Notes: generated by a model not told the origin, from the sequence alone. Positions 12,265 to 25,817 are shown, counted from the whole stretch's first letter. The stretch is 63,653 bases of DNA, filler included, from Octopus bimaculoides (GCF_001194135.2; 9 parts of 9 records of this genome joined end to end with filler, not necessarily neighbours in it), one strand, 5' to 3'. A program made the numbers and translations.

Positions 12265-12424
12265 GTGCTAGAAACAGCAGCCAAATCTCTCTCAAATCAC
12301 ATCCTACTCTCTTACCTATGGATATATGTATGTATGAGCCAATGAGGGAGACCTCTACATGGTAGAAATAGCAACCTGCTAGAAATAGCAACCAAAATCT
12401 CCCTCAAATCAGACCTTACTGTCT
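12265..12424 (+). repeat. Second locus of the ~105-bp unit repeat (about 1.5 copies)
   Basis: ctagaaacagcagccaaatctctctcaaatcacatcc...atgagccaatgagggagacctctacatggtag matches the 914-1185 array, including the unit junction. Confidence 0.85.
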
Positions 12425-12453
12425 CATCTCTCCCTTTCCCTCATTCTCTGAAT

Positions 12454-12502
<49 letters not shown>

Positions 12503-12517
12503 CACACATATATACTA

Positions 12518-12573
<56 letters not shown>

Positions 12574-13781
12574 TATATATATATATATATATATATATGC
12601 ATGTATATATAGGTCTTCTCTTGCCACATCCTTTCTACACGAACGGTTGGGCTAAACGTTCAAATCTCGAATAAAGCCATCTTGAAGATCGTTCAGACGT
12701 AACGCTCCCATCAAAGTCAGCGACGACAACGATCATTATCATCATCATCGTCGTCGTTGACGTCATCATCATCATCCTCCTCCTCCTCATCATACTCAAC
12801 ATCATCATCGTTGTCATCATCGCCGACGTCAGCATCATTATCACCATCAGCAGCATCACCAGCAGAAACAGGAGCCGATTCCATCACCACCACCACCATC
12901 ATCTTCATCATCATGATCAGAACCATCATCATCATCATCATCATCATCACCATCAACAATCTCTTCCACCACCGCCAACACATCGCCAACACATTTCTAA
13001 TCAGAGCCAAAACAGCAAACATCACAACCACCACCACCACCACCGCTACCACTACCGATACCACAACAACAACAACAACAACAACCAACGCTATCTACCT
13101 GTACGTTCGCTATACTATATCATCTCATCGTTATACACCTATACCTACAACAAACCNNNNNNNNNNNNNNNNNNNNNNNNNNNNNNNNNNNNNNNNNNNN
13201 NNNNNNNNNNNNNNNNNNNNNNNNNNNNNNNNNNNNNNNNNNNNNNNNNNNNNNNNNNNNNNNNNNNNNNNNNNNNNNNNNNNNNNNNNNNNNNNNNNNN
13301 NNNNNNNNNNNNNNNNNNNNNNNNNNNNNNNNNNNNNNNNNNNNNNNNNNNNNNNNNNNNNNNNNNNNNNNNNNNNNNNNNNNNNNNNNNNNNNNNNNNN
13401 NNNNNNNNNNNNNNNNNNNNNNNNNNNNNNNNNNNNNNNNNNNNNNNNNNNNNNNNNNNNNNNNNNNNNNNNNNNNNNNNNNNNNNNNNNNNNNNNNNNN
13501 NNNNNNNNNNNNNNNNNNNNNNNNNNNNNNNNNNNNNNNNNNNNNNNNNNNNNNNNNNNNNNNNNNGGTGAGAGAAATGGCAGCGGGAAGATGCGACATA
13601 AATATTTGTATATCATATATATATATCTAGATAAATTGTATATATATATACATACATATCTTTATTTATTTGTATATGTATAGATATATCTATATATATA
13701 TATACCTATACATATGTTTATATATAAGTGTATATATACATATATAAGCGCACATACACATATACACATATATATGAAACG

Positions 13782-13863
<82 letters not shown>

Positions 13864-14245
13864 TATAAAAACATATATACAAATGTATATTGATATATAC
13901 GTACATACAGATACCTGTGCAAAAAAGATATATGTATATATATATATGTGCGTATATGTATATACTTTTATATATATATATATGCACATACACATATATT
14001 ATGTTGTCTTTTAGCATTGGTGTATATACCTGATGTGCTCAGGAAAAATTGTATTCTAGGAAATCTCCACGAATCTGATGTTGTGGCCTTCATGCTGTTT
14101 CCATTAGGCTCAAGGGAAATTCTACGCTTTTGTGCAATCAAGCCGTTGTCATAATGTTTTGGTTTTAGGAAGCATGCTATTTGAATATGTGTGCCTTTGT
14201 AAATGTGTAAGTCTTTCTCTGTCTGTCTGTCTGTCTCTATATATG

Positions 14246-14294
<49 letters not shown>

Positions 14295-14493
14295 ATGGAT
14301 GGATATGGAGATGTAGAGCAGATATGAGTCAAACCTGGAATCGATAAGCAGATAGATAAATATGATATCATTTCAAGTATGCTTGTCCATCTGTAAGTGT
14401 GCGTAGGTATATACTCATGTGCGTATCTATGTATACAAATATATATATATATATATATATATGTGTATGTATGTATGTATGTATGTATGTATG

Positions 14494-14526
<33 letters not shown>

Positions 14527-14793
14527 NNNNNNNNNNTGTACATAAATATATTTATACATATTTGTATATTTATATTTATACATACATATAAATATATTTA
14601 TATATGTGTGTGTGTGTATAGTTATAATATATATTTGCTTTTTTTACATAAGTAATACATGTATATTGATATATAAACTACATGTACATGCCTATATTTT
14701 TTCTTCTGTGTGTAAATATATAATATCATATAATACAATACAATATAAGTTTATGTATATATTATATTTATGTATATATATATATATGTATAC

Positions 14794-14832
<39 letters not shown>

Positions 14833-15406
14833 AACGCACACACGCATGCATACATACGTTTACGAAGGAAAGTATCGTAAGCGATATAACCGGCATTTTA
14901 TAAAAATTCACTGGAAGGCGACCACATTTCCAAACAGAATTTGCCCCAACATACCTCCACCACCACCACCACCACCATTAGCAACATTACCAGCAAAAAC
15001 AAACATCAATGACAAAATTTAAAACGCCGGAAGCCTCCTACTTACTCCTTTACACATCTCCCACCTTCCTAATTCTCCAGATTTTGATTTAAAACTGTCA
15101 CTCCAACACTATTCCTCGCCTTCTCTCTATCTGTCTATCTGTGAAACCCCCTCTCTACCTATCTTTGTATGTATCTACCTCTTTTCCTGTGACACTATCT
15201 CTCTCCCTTTAAGATCCACATTCATCATACGTTATGATGTAGCCACAAATCTGACACAATACGGTTATCTCCCTTTGTAATCTGCAATCTTTTTCGCCAT
15301 TTTGAAATGTGCTTCACCTTTCTGTTTTTCGTTTCACATATACTTGTACACGTATATATATATATATATATATACACACACAGACATACACATAGATACA
15401 TATGTA

Positions 15407-15442
<36 letters not shown>

Positions 15443-15798
15443 GTCCTGTAATTTTGTTTCACTTTCTCTTCCTCTTATTCAGAGTCTCTTCAATTTCATT
15501 TGATTTACGATGTCTGTGTGAGCGTGTGTGTATGTGTGTATGTGTGTATACGAGAGAGAGAGAGAGAGGGGAGTAAACGTCTTTGTGTCTTTAGATAAAC
15601 ATCAGAAGTTTTATAGGTTTGCGTGTGTGTTTGTATGTGTGTGTTTACATGAGTATAAACCAGTTTATATACATACATGCACACATACATACATACTTAC
15701 CTATATATATGCACACAAACACACACGAATACAAATATATATATATATATACACATTATATACAAACACCTTACTGTACATTATGTATGCATGTGTCA

Positions 15799-15837
<39 letters not shown>

Positions 15838-15912
15838 NNNNNNNNNNCATACATACACACTTATATATATGTATATACATATATGCATGCTTAACTTTAT
15901 ACACATACAAAT

Positions 15913-15953
<41 letters not shown>

Positions 15954-16407
15954 GACTAATAAATATATACAGAGACAGTCAGACAGAAAGGCAGATACAC
16001 AGGTAGGTATAAATATATTTCATATCAAACATATATACATATTACTTCATATATACATACTTGTATACACACCTACTTTATATACGTATATAAAGTAGGT
16101 GTGTATATATCTATATATATATGTATGTAAACACTTTATACAAACACACACATACACAACACGCACACATATGTCCACGTTTATCTGGAGTAGAATTATC
16201 TTGTACATTATTTGTACAGTTTTTCAAGTAGTTTATGTTGAAGTTTTTTGTTGCATTTCTTTCTCAGTTGTTTTCTCCAATTCATTAAATGGCGTTTTAT
16301 TTAAACCTCTATCGTTGTACGATCTCTAGAAAATGGCCGTTTCTTTTTTCAATTAGGCTCACTCGCTTATTTCTTTTTGTTTATCTTGTATACGCGTATA
16401 TATTTAT

Positions 16408-16507
16408 NNNNNNNNNNNNNNNNNNNNNNNNNNNNNNNNNNNNNNNNNNNNTTAATTAATTAANNNNNNNNNNNNNNNNNNNNNNNNNNNNNNNNNNNNN
16501 NNNNNNN
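16408..16507. other. Artificial scaffold-join marker 44N-TTAATTAATTAA-44N (8 occurrences)
   Basis: Identical 12-mer inside N runs at 16452, 21717, 30921, 43803, 47366, 49697, 53739 and 60190. The block at 16408-16507 is exactly 100 bp (44 N each side) and the others look the same. The 12-mer gives stops in all six frames. Confidence 0.95.
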
Positions 16508-16850
16508 TATAAAGTTGAAAAAACTACTTACAACAGGGATGACGCAGGCGTTCGATCATGTAAAACAAATAATAAATGAGTATATGCATATATACGTACA
16601 GGTATGTGCATACCTACGTCTATCTGTATATATAGGTGCATATCTGGGTACAGGACATTGCAAACAAAACGTAGACAAGAAAATAATAATAATAAGCAGA
16701 GTACAGAAAATACGCAAGCCACATAGAGAACATTTTCCTTCATCAGCTACCCCCATTTTAACACCGGCGTTTTGAAGAGTTGGGCAGGACGCATCGTTAG
16801 AATGGCTCTTCCCATGGACCGCAAATTAAATTTGTATACACAAATTAAAC
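16508..16850. mobile_element. Dispersed repeat, copy 1 (copy 2 at 60247-60508); possibly Penelope-related
   Basis: Shares long near-identical blocks (aaatgagtatatgcatatatacgtacaggtatgtgcatacc...gggtacaggacattgcaaacaaaac...cttcatcagctac...ttttaacaccggcgttt...gcaggacgcatcgtta...ctcttcccat.gaccgcaaatta) with 60247-60508. The class assignment is a guess. Confidence 0.75.
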
Positions 16851-17224
16851 CTGTGCCATGGAGGCGCTTGTGTGAATGTTACGCGTGTGTGAGTGTATGC
16901 GTGCGCGCGTGTCTATGTGGTGTGTGTAATTATCATACATCGCTCTTAATTTTGTTATTAGAAGAATCTCACTATTTCACGAAAAGTGAGAATTCTAGAT
17001 ATTGACAGAGTAAATTATCAGCATTGAGTGAATATATGGGGATGGGATGCCAGTGTTTGTGTATGTTTTTCTCAATGTGTGCCTGTATGCGTATTCGTAT
17101 ATGAGAGAGTTGTATTCAAACAAAACGAGAACGTCAATGTTGTGATAGATGTTTTAACTTTTAACATCTAAATACATATTTACGTAGCACTGAGTTGCTT
17201 TGCGTGCATTAGTGTGTGTCAACT

Positions 17225-17450
17225 AAAAATAATCCTTTCTACTATCGGCACAGGGCCTGAAATTTTGGGGGAGGGAACTAGTCGATTACATCGATCCCAG
17301 TGTTTCACTGGTAGTTAATTTATCGACCTCGAAAGGATGAAAGGCAAAGTCGACCCCATGGGGAATTTGAACTCAGAACGTGAAGACGGACGAAATGCTA
17401 CCAAGCATTTTGTCCGGTGTGTTAACGATTCTGCCAGCTTACCGCCTTTG
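17225..17450 (-). mobile_element. SINE family S2 copy
   Basis: Reverse complement of the S2 head and body: ...gaaaggatgaaaggcaaagtcgacc...aatttgaactcagaacgt...gattctgccagct. Confidence 0.9.
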
Positions 17451-18571
17451 TGACAACTAAAAATAATAAACTCATACATATAATAACGTCTCGTTAAGGT
17501 GGTTGTGATTGTCACTAGATATGATACGGTGTTACAATAAGGATCACTTTGCATCCAGTATAGTTAGTGAGTGTACGTGTAACCTTTCTTTGATTTGTGA
17601 TCATGATTCACTTTCTGATATTACTCTTCGGTGTCTCCAACACACTGCAGAACTGGAAGCAATCCAACTGTCCTATATAAATTAGATTGCTTCTGTACAG
17701 CAGCTGAAACACAACGAGAGACTGAAAGCTTCGCATTCTGGAGCAAAGAAAGTAAAGGTATGCAGTAATGTATATTTAGAAGATCTTAGAGAGATATCAC
17801 CAAACTATGGCCTTGAAAGCTTTGTAACACTCCAAACTGGGTATCACTGCATAGTGCTAAGTGTATTCCCTCTCCCTCACAGCAGCAATAATCCGTTATT
17901 AGCGACGAGAGCAGTATTAATTCAAAATAACAATCTTTATATCATACTTAAAGCAGATATATTGTTGAAAGCTTGATATATTGCAGTTTTCGTTTCGAGA
18001 AAGTTCCACTTAAAGACGTATAGCAAAAACACAGAAATATATGTGTAGCAGGTGAAAATCATTCAGAAGCAGCAATGGCATTGTCAGATACATGTTCCTG
18101 CTTTTTTGAGTTTCGTCAGTAGCAAGTATCCATAGTTTGTTCAAAAGACCTTAGTTCTATGCTCACCTACACTGAAAATCATCAGAGATTTATTTAGAGT
18201 GGACGTCAATACTTTCAAAGAACAATTAAATGTTCTGTAAGTGTATGAATCTGATTGAGAAAACTATGAAGGCAGTGGCGTCAATTGCCCTTGTTCGTTT
18301 ATTAGTTGAAACTTGCATTAGAATTGATGAAAGTGGCACACAGTATGGTCCAAGTCAACTAGATGGAAGCATTATAAGAGTAAAATCTGTATGGAAATAC
18401 ATATATAATGATATTTGTATATATAGAGAGACATACATAAAGTACATACAATAAGCAGAACAGTAAAAATATTCAAGATATTTTGTGAGAAACCTGCTCC
18501 TTCCTGACAAGAAGAATTCAAATAATTAAAAAACGAGGAAAATGCATATAAATATATTCACGTATTTGCAT

Positions 18572-18641
<70 letters not shown>

Positions 18642-18659
18642 GTGTGTTTATGTGAATGT

Positions 18660-18677
18660 GTAGATAGATAGATAGAC

Positions 18678-18738
<61 letters not shown>
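18660..18738. repeat. (GATA)n microsatellite next to (GT)n
   Basis: Direct reading. Confidence 0.95.
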
Positions 18739-20224
18739 CACACACGCACACAAATGTACTAGTGAACATAGGCATGTAAACGTATTCGTACAAACATGTA
18801 TGCCTGTGAATACGTTTGCGTATATTAGCACACACGCAAGCACATACAAACATACATAAATATACATACACAAATACATACTTATAGACATAAATTCACA
18901 CATACATACATACATACATACATGCATACATACATACATACAAGAATGCATGCATACACATATACATACATACAAGAATGCATGCATACATATATACATA
19001 GCATTATTCCAGTCAGACAGTCTGTCTGTGCTGCTGTTTATTTTGGCACTAAATCCGCTGTCATTTTCTTTTCCCCAAAACTAGGTTCTACAACAGGAAG
19101 AAATATTAATGTAAACTACAATTTCTTTGTTGACAGTTTAAAGATATACACAGTAAATATGTATGATGTTGAGAAATAACAGAATTTAATGGCAGCATTT
19201 TCAGCTGTTTCAGCTGATATACAGATGTATTTGACTAAAAGAAATATTCATATTTGATATTTGAGTACATGAAAATTACTTCCCGAAACCAAAAGCCCAT
19301 TACATTAACAATCTTTCCATCTCTCTCGTTCTGCACATTAAGTGCTACAAATATCTAGGTTCTAATGAAAATGCATCTTATAACGGTGCTGTGAACAAAG
19401 TAGGTTTGTTATAAGACCAGGCAGCTTCCGACTGTCGTACGGTATCACTTAGAAAGAAAGCATTTACTAAGCTAAACAATATCAAAACCACATGCATTAA
19501 ACAATTGCTCGAAAGTGAAGAGAATAACATCATATAAGACAGCAGTGAACTTTTCAAGGCGTACTCAATTTTCAATTACGTTATTTTTGACCCCAGAATT
19601 ACTAGACAAGCGTACCTCAAGAAAGATAATTTAAACTCTGCGTACCTATATAAAGCTACGCATGGGCATACTTCCAGTGAACTCGAGAATGATGCTAATA
19701 TTGACAGGAAGTAAAATTTCTTTTAACCGATATATATTACGTCACGTTTCCAGAGTTGGGCTTTTGCCATACGAGAGCAGTCGATAACTACATAATACCT
19801 ACTGAATAAAATGGCAGTGAAAAGCTTAAACCCACAACGGCGCAATCGCAATAGCGATGCCATTATGTCATATATCTGTGGAAAAAGTTACTCATGTTGT
19901 GATCGGTAGCTGCCTAAAAATATCATTATATTATTTATTACCTTCCGATGCGACTCGGTGTTGCGTAAATAGTACACCCTGTCATCCGCACCGAAAACTA
20001 GTTCGTAGCAAATATAGAAAATATTTCCGTTCTTAAATATATACAATTCAAGAAAAGGAACCTTAGTGGAACATTCGTTTCAAAAACGGCTAAATGCAAA
20101 TAAAACATAACCAGTGTAATACAGTTGTTATTTCAGATGCAACAGTAAAAAAATATGTTTACTTACAGAAGTTAGCGTCACTGCTATTGAAAATATTTGT
20201 CAAAAGTAGCGGGAAAGAGAACAG

Positions 20225-20325
20225 GGGCAGCCATGGCTGTGTGTTTATGAAGCTCACTTTGCAACCATGTGGTTTTGGGCTCAGTCCATTTGCCTGGCTT
20301 CGAGAGTAAGTGTCTTCTACTGTAG

Positions 20326-20369
<44 letters not shown>

Positions 20370-20540
20370 CTTGTTCCCCCACCACCGCTTAACAACCGGT
20401 AATTTAGAAGCTCTACCAAAGGAACTGACAGAATAAGTATTACATTTAATAGATAACGAAATACTGGGGTCAATTTATTCGAGTAAAACTCTTCAATGCG
20501 GTGCTCCATTTTAGCCGCTTTCCAATGACTAAAACATGTA
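20225..20540 (+). mobile_element. SINE family S1, diverged and internally deleted copy
   Basis: Head tggctgtgtg...caaccatgtggttttgggctcagtcc...agtgtcttctactgtag, internal (GT)n, and tail gaataagtatt...ggggtcaattt...gcggtgctcca. Confidence 0.75.
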
Positions 20541-20689
20541 AACGACAAACAATTGACCAGAAATTTACATTTTCTAAATCCAGATTATATATTTACATTT
20601 GTACTTATTTGATATGTCTAAATATAAATAGCAATTATGAAAAGCGGGACATTTGAGGCGAAGAAAATGACCAGATAATACTTCTACAA

Positions 20690-21360
20690 ATTGAATTCAC
20701 AAGAGACTTGAAAACAGTTTGCATGTACAAATGCATTCAATCGTCAATTTTGTATACTGGACGCCAGCAGGTTTCAAGGAAGAATGCGCACCGCTTCGAG
20801 ACCTTCCTCTCGACAGAGAGACAATAGGGTATATGTCTCTCTGTACTAGATCACCACTATGTTGCCTGGAGTACACCGGCATATCGTCTTCCTCTAGACA
20901 GTTCTGCAATGCACTGCCACCGACCTCACTAAGATGTCCTATCTACTAAATTGAATGACTAGTATTCAATCTTAAGTCCATTTCCGGATCACCAGCACCA
21001 TTGAAATTGTAGAAACGTGCAAACCTGACTTACCATATAGGCAAATACGTACCTGTCTCACACCGACACATCACCTCTCCAACCAGGTTTCATCATTCCT
21101 TTTCAGACATATCCATTGGCTAGCTCTCTCAGCTGGATTTCAAGATGGCGTTTGCTTGACGATGATTGACGCCGTTCAACACCAGCCACCATTACAGTCT
21201 GCTTCCAATAAAAATCTCCACATCCAACTTTTACAGGAAAGTGTATTGCACTCCGGCAAGCATTTTTACAATCTCCTCGTCTTTCCTAACTTGAACAGCA
21301 TCAATATTGTCTTCAATTGGAATAGCTAATTCTAAGAGAATTGCTTCTGTTATTATCCTA
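20690..21360 (-). mobile_element. 3' fragment of an RLE-type (HERO/NeSL, R2 superfamily) non-LTR retrotransposon: decayed endonuclease C-terminus plus 3' UTR
   Basis: Minus-strand frames give EAILLELAIPIEDNIDAVQVRK (about 21348-21283), FPVKVGCGDF and AERASQWICLKRNDETWLER* (stop 21073-21071). These match the established RLE C-terminal pattern (ELTVPWEEN...ERK; FPVEVGCRGF; AERAS.WIWLKR). Frameshifted. The 3' UTR has an 11-bp hairpin acagagagaca/tgtctctctgt. Confidence 0.75.
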
Positions 21361-21916
21361 AATTTCAACGATGAGGCATTTATTTTCTTTGTTAATATCC
21401 AACCTTTTCTTTATCGGAAGAATTCAAAGAATTAATTAAAAAAACAAAATATTGAGTACATAACATAAATACATATTAACTCGCACACATGCATATATGT
21501 ACACATGCAGACATATACACATCCATCCATCCATCCATCCATCCATCCATACATACATACATACATACATACATAACATCCATACATACATACATGCATA
21601 ACATCCATACATACATACATACATAACATCCATCCATACATACATACATACATACATTTACGAGGCCGCAATNNNNNNNNNNNNNNNNNNNNNNNNNNNN
21701 NNNNNNNNNNNNNNNNTTAATTAATTAANNNNNNNNNNNNNNNNNNNNNNNNNNNNNNNNNNNNNNNNNNNNATATATACAAATATATATATATATATAT
21801 ATATACAAATATATATATATATAACAGATATGCACAATCTTTGTCTCTGGTTGCTGAGAGCTTTTTTGATTTGACCTCAAAGTCAATTTTTGTAGTAAAT
21901 CTGAAACGTATATTTA

Positions 21917-22148
21917 TTAACCCTTTAACAATTCTATTGGCCATATCTGGTCAAAATATTCTACCTGTTTTTAATGTCCAAACCTGAAAGATTCAGCCTC
22001 TCACACTTACATTACAATGTCATTCTTAAAATTAAACAATCACATCATAGAAATCTCAAAGCTACAAGATATTGCTTGATTAATTCAAAACAGTGAATAA
22101 ATAAGTAAGTTATTTGGCAGAATAATAATCTGATTGTCAAAGGGTTAA
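21917..22148. mobile_element. piggyBac-type MITE
   Basis: TTAA at 21917-21920 and 22145-22148 flank terminal inverted repeats CCCTTTAACAAT / ATTGTCAAAGGG (11 of 12 match). Confidence 0.85.
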
Positions 22149-22559
22149 ACATGATTATAAACTACTTTTGAATTTGATCTCATATATGCTGTGCTAGTAC
22201 TTAATTAATATGCATAACTAATTTTACAACGATATGTAAATGTCGTTGGGCCTAGCTTGACCATGCTTACATTATTCATTTTAAGTGTTCTCTCAGCAAC
22301 CACAGAAAAGTATTTGAATCCTAACTATGGCTTTAAAACAATGCAGCGGCTTCTTTGTTGGCTCAATGGTATAACTCAAAAAATAACTACAGCTTATTAC
22401 TTAATAATCAGAACTGTTATTAAACAATATCGATAAATTTTAATTCAACCACAGTTGTAATAATAGAAAGATATGTTATTCCTCCATCTTAGTCATTTAA
22501 GTTTTGTTGTATTTTCCTGTTTTAAATCATCATAATTTTTTTTCATTATCACTTTTACA

Positions 22560-23190
22560 TCCACTTGTCCATGTTTACATGGGTCAGATAGAGTTTACTC
22601 TATCTGCTTCCATGGGGCAGATTTTATGTGGCCAGATACCCTTTTTGTTGCCAACCCTCACTGATCTTGAAGCAAGGTGATATTTCCCCAGGGTCAGAAA
22701 TGTTCTCACAGAATATTAGAAATGAATGACATTCATTTGCAACTGTCTTGTGATGTCAAGACAAGGGAACACACACACATACACACACACACACACACAC
22801 ACATTATTGTCTTAATGTCCCACTTATCCATTTTGGCATGGATCAGACAGAATTTGTTGAGATGGATTTTCTATGGCCGGATGCTCTTCCTGTCACCAGC
22901 CCTTGCCTGTTTCCAGGTAAGGCAATATTTGCCCATGATCAAACATGTTTTCATGGAAGCTTGGAATAAAGAACACTGCTTGTGTGATGGTGATACTTGC
23001 TTACAACCATCACATGATGTCAAGTAACACACACACACACACACACACATATGTATATTACAGCCTCCTTTCAGTTTTTATGTACCAAATGCACTCACAA
23101 AGCTTTGGTTGGCCCAAAGTTATAGAAGACCATGCAATGCAATTGAACCAGGAACCACGTGGTTGGGAAGTGAATTCTTACTATACAGTC
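22560..23190. mobile_element. Cluster of short dispersed-repeat fragments (related ggatgc.cttcc...ccaacc tails and an S1 head)
   Basis: Related motifs at about 22635 (gccagataccctttttgttgccaaccctcac), 22875 (gccggatgctcttcctgtcaccagccc) and 24930 (gctggatgcccttcataatggcagcc). Minus-strand S1 head at about 23060-23190. Confidence 0.6.
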
Positions 23191-25817
23191 ATACCTGCAT
23201 CTAAAAGAAAAGGTTAGCAGCATGAGTCTATTAAAGATACTGTCGTTAAATATCCTACAGATGTTTTTTGCTTGAAAAATGTATTCTTTTGTACTGGTTA
23301 ATATATTTAAAGGCAGTAACCCAAAAGGATTACTTTATCAATTAGAATTATCACAGTAATAAGATGAAAACTCATTAGCATTAATGACAAGTCAAAAAAA
23401 ATGGCAAAGGAGTGCATTCTGAGACTAAAATTAAAAAAAAAAGGGGATGTGGATGCATACATTGGGGAGTGAATATGAGTTTTGTAGGTAAGAGTGACAA
23501 CTCCAGACATATTTTAATATTACCAAACTTCCTCAGTGAAGCTTAATCAAACATGTGCACACGAGATCTTTTTAAATATTTACAAAAAGAAGACAAAAAT
23601 GAAATTTGGCAAGAGATTGTTCATTCCATATCTAATGTATAAGTTCTCAGAAATCACTAATTATATTTTATTCTAAGTTATGTTATGCCGCCATTTAATG
23701 GTTGCTCAATTAGTTTCAGAATTTGAAATTATTTGGAAATTATTCCATTCATTTAGATGTGCTCATTAGTTTAACATCTGGTTTTCCATGCTAGCATGGC
23801 TTAGATGGCAGAAAGGGATATTTTCTTTACAGCCACACACTCATCCTATTGCCAACCATTCCCTATTTTTCATGTAAGGAATTATTTCTATTCCAGAGAA
23901 ATTCAAAACCATAGTGGATGATTTGTTGGCAGGAAACGTTAAAAGGCTTTAATGTTTGCTCCCCAGCCACAAATGGTGACATCACCCTTTGTAGTTCAGC
24001 ATAGATTGTCAGCACACACACACAACCACTGGGGTTTCTTTCAGTTTAACCAAATTCTTTCACAAGGCATTGGTTAGTATTGGCCTATAGAAGAAAACAC
24101 TTGCCCAAGATGCTGCAGAGTGGGACTGAACCAGTGGCATATATGGTGGTTGTTGTATTGGGTGTGCTGCCACACCCATTGTCACCAAATTTCATGCAGG
24201 TGTATAACAAAAGTATTCCATTATGATTTGTGACTAAGTTAACGAATAAGGTTAATATTTATAATGAATTTGCCATTTTCAATAGGTGTGCAGTGCACAC
24301 CTAGCTTACCTGGATTATATGCCCCTGGACTGAACCCAATGCTATATGGTTGAGAAGCAAACTTCTTCACTACACAGCTATGCCTGTTCCTATAGAAAAA
24401 ATATCTAATAAATAAAATAAAGCAAAAAAGTAAAAAGAGAATTATTTTATATATATCTGCCTCCAGTTCCAAAGCTTTCTCAGAAAAAAAAACAGTAATT
24501 TATAACTTTTACTTTTGGCAAACAGATAGGTAAAAAAAGAAACCTTGAGTTTCTCCCTCCCTCCCCTCCCCTCTCTCTTTCTCTCTGTCTGGGTAGCTGT
24601 AGCAAGTTTCTACAAGTTCCCCTACCCCACTTCTTGGTGAATTATTTTGATTGTCTGCGATGAAGTATTTATCTGAATGTCTGCAATTTCAAGAATTTGC
24701 CAAAAGTTGGTCTTCTTCTTGTTACATTGAAACTGTACATTATTCATATATGCACTAAAAGGGACTATATAAAAATTATTGTCTGGCTACTTAAATTTTA
24801 CTAATCATCATCACCAACAATTTACGTCCATTTTCTATGCAGGCTTGGTTTAGACATTTTGACCAGAGCTAGTAAGCCAGAGAGCTGCACCAGGCCCCCG
24901 TGGTCTGTTTCGGCACGGCTTCTGTAGCTGGATGCCCTTCATAATGGCAGCCACTCTACAGATACTTGCCCAAGGTGTCACACAGTGGGACTGAACTTGG
25001 AACTATGTGGTTGAAAAGTAAGCTTCTTACCATACAGCCATACTATCATAATATTATCATAGATAGATAGATAGATAGATAGATACATAAATAACATTTC
25101 CTCTAGACTATAATTAATTTCGTCTTTAATTTTAATGAGATATTTCTCTTTATACCTAACATATATAATTAATAAGTTATTGGTGAAATCATTCTGAAGA
25201 TTTCTAAAAAGAATGAAATTGTGCTATACATGATTACCACCAAGTAGTAATTGTAAGAAATTTCTAATAGTTAACAGAAAAAGTTAAATATGTGAACTCT
25301 GTGTGTTTTCTTCCTGATATCCCTTAATTTCTAAACCTGCCTCATATCAAAGATACTGTTACCACCCCTATATTATTGGCCATAACCAGAGGGCACTACA
25401 CACACACACATTTATAGTTTCTTTAGTTGTCTGCGATATTTAGTTATTTCATACAGCAAATGTGTGCAACATTATCGAGACCTCTTGATGTATATTAGTT
25501 ATCAGCACTTGGTTTCTATAAGCAGCTACAAATGTAAGCACTTAAAACAGTAGAATGAATCGGTTTATTTGTGAGTGGCGGTGGAGGTGGTGATTCTGAC
25601 AGTAGCTTTCATTGAAGAGTCTTTGATAAAAGAGTATTGAATGAAATATTAAGACTTTTCTTTGTGCAACAAACCAAGTTATTTTCCCATTTTAAACTCT
25701 TAAGAACGCCAATCATTGTTAGATTTCCTCAGATTTATTAATAGGAATGTATTGGTCGTAGCATACTAAAAGGCTTCTTTTAAGTTTCCACAAAGCTTTC
25801 ACTAACATTAGTGTTAC

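Noticed and set aside
10274-13088. Acidic poly-Asp ORFs (10274-10564 plus; 12717-13088 minus) resembling biomineralisation or acidic proteins
   Set aside because: They are (GAT)n-derived, with poly-Met/Val N-termini that switch frame. There is no signal peptide or splice support.
21244-21262. tattgcact, matching the start of miR-92
   Set aside because: The match is limited to 9 nt, lies inside a retrotransposon coding remnant and has no hairpin.
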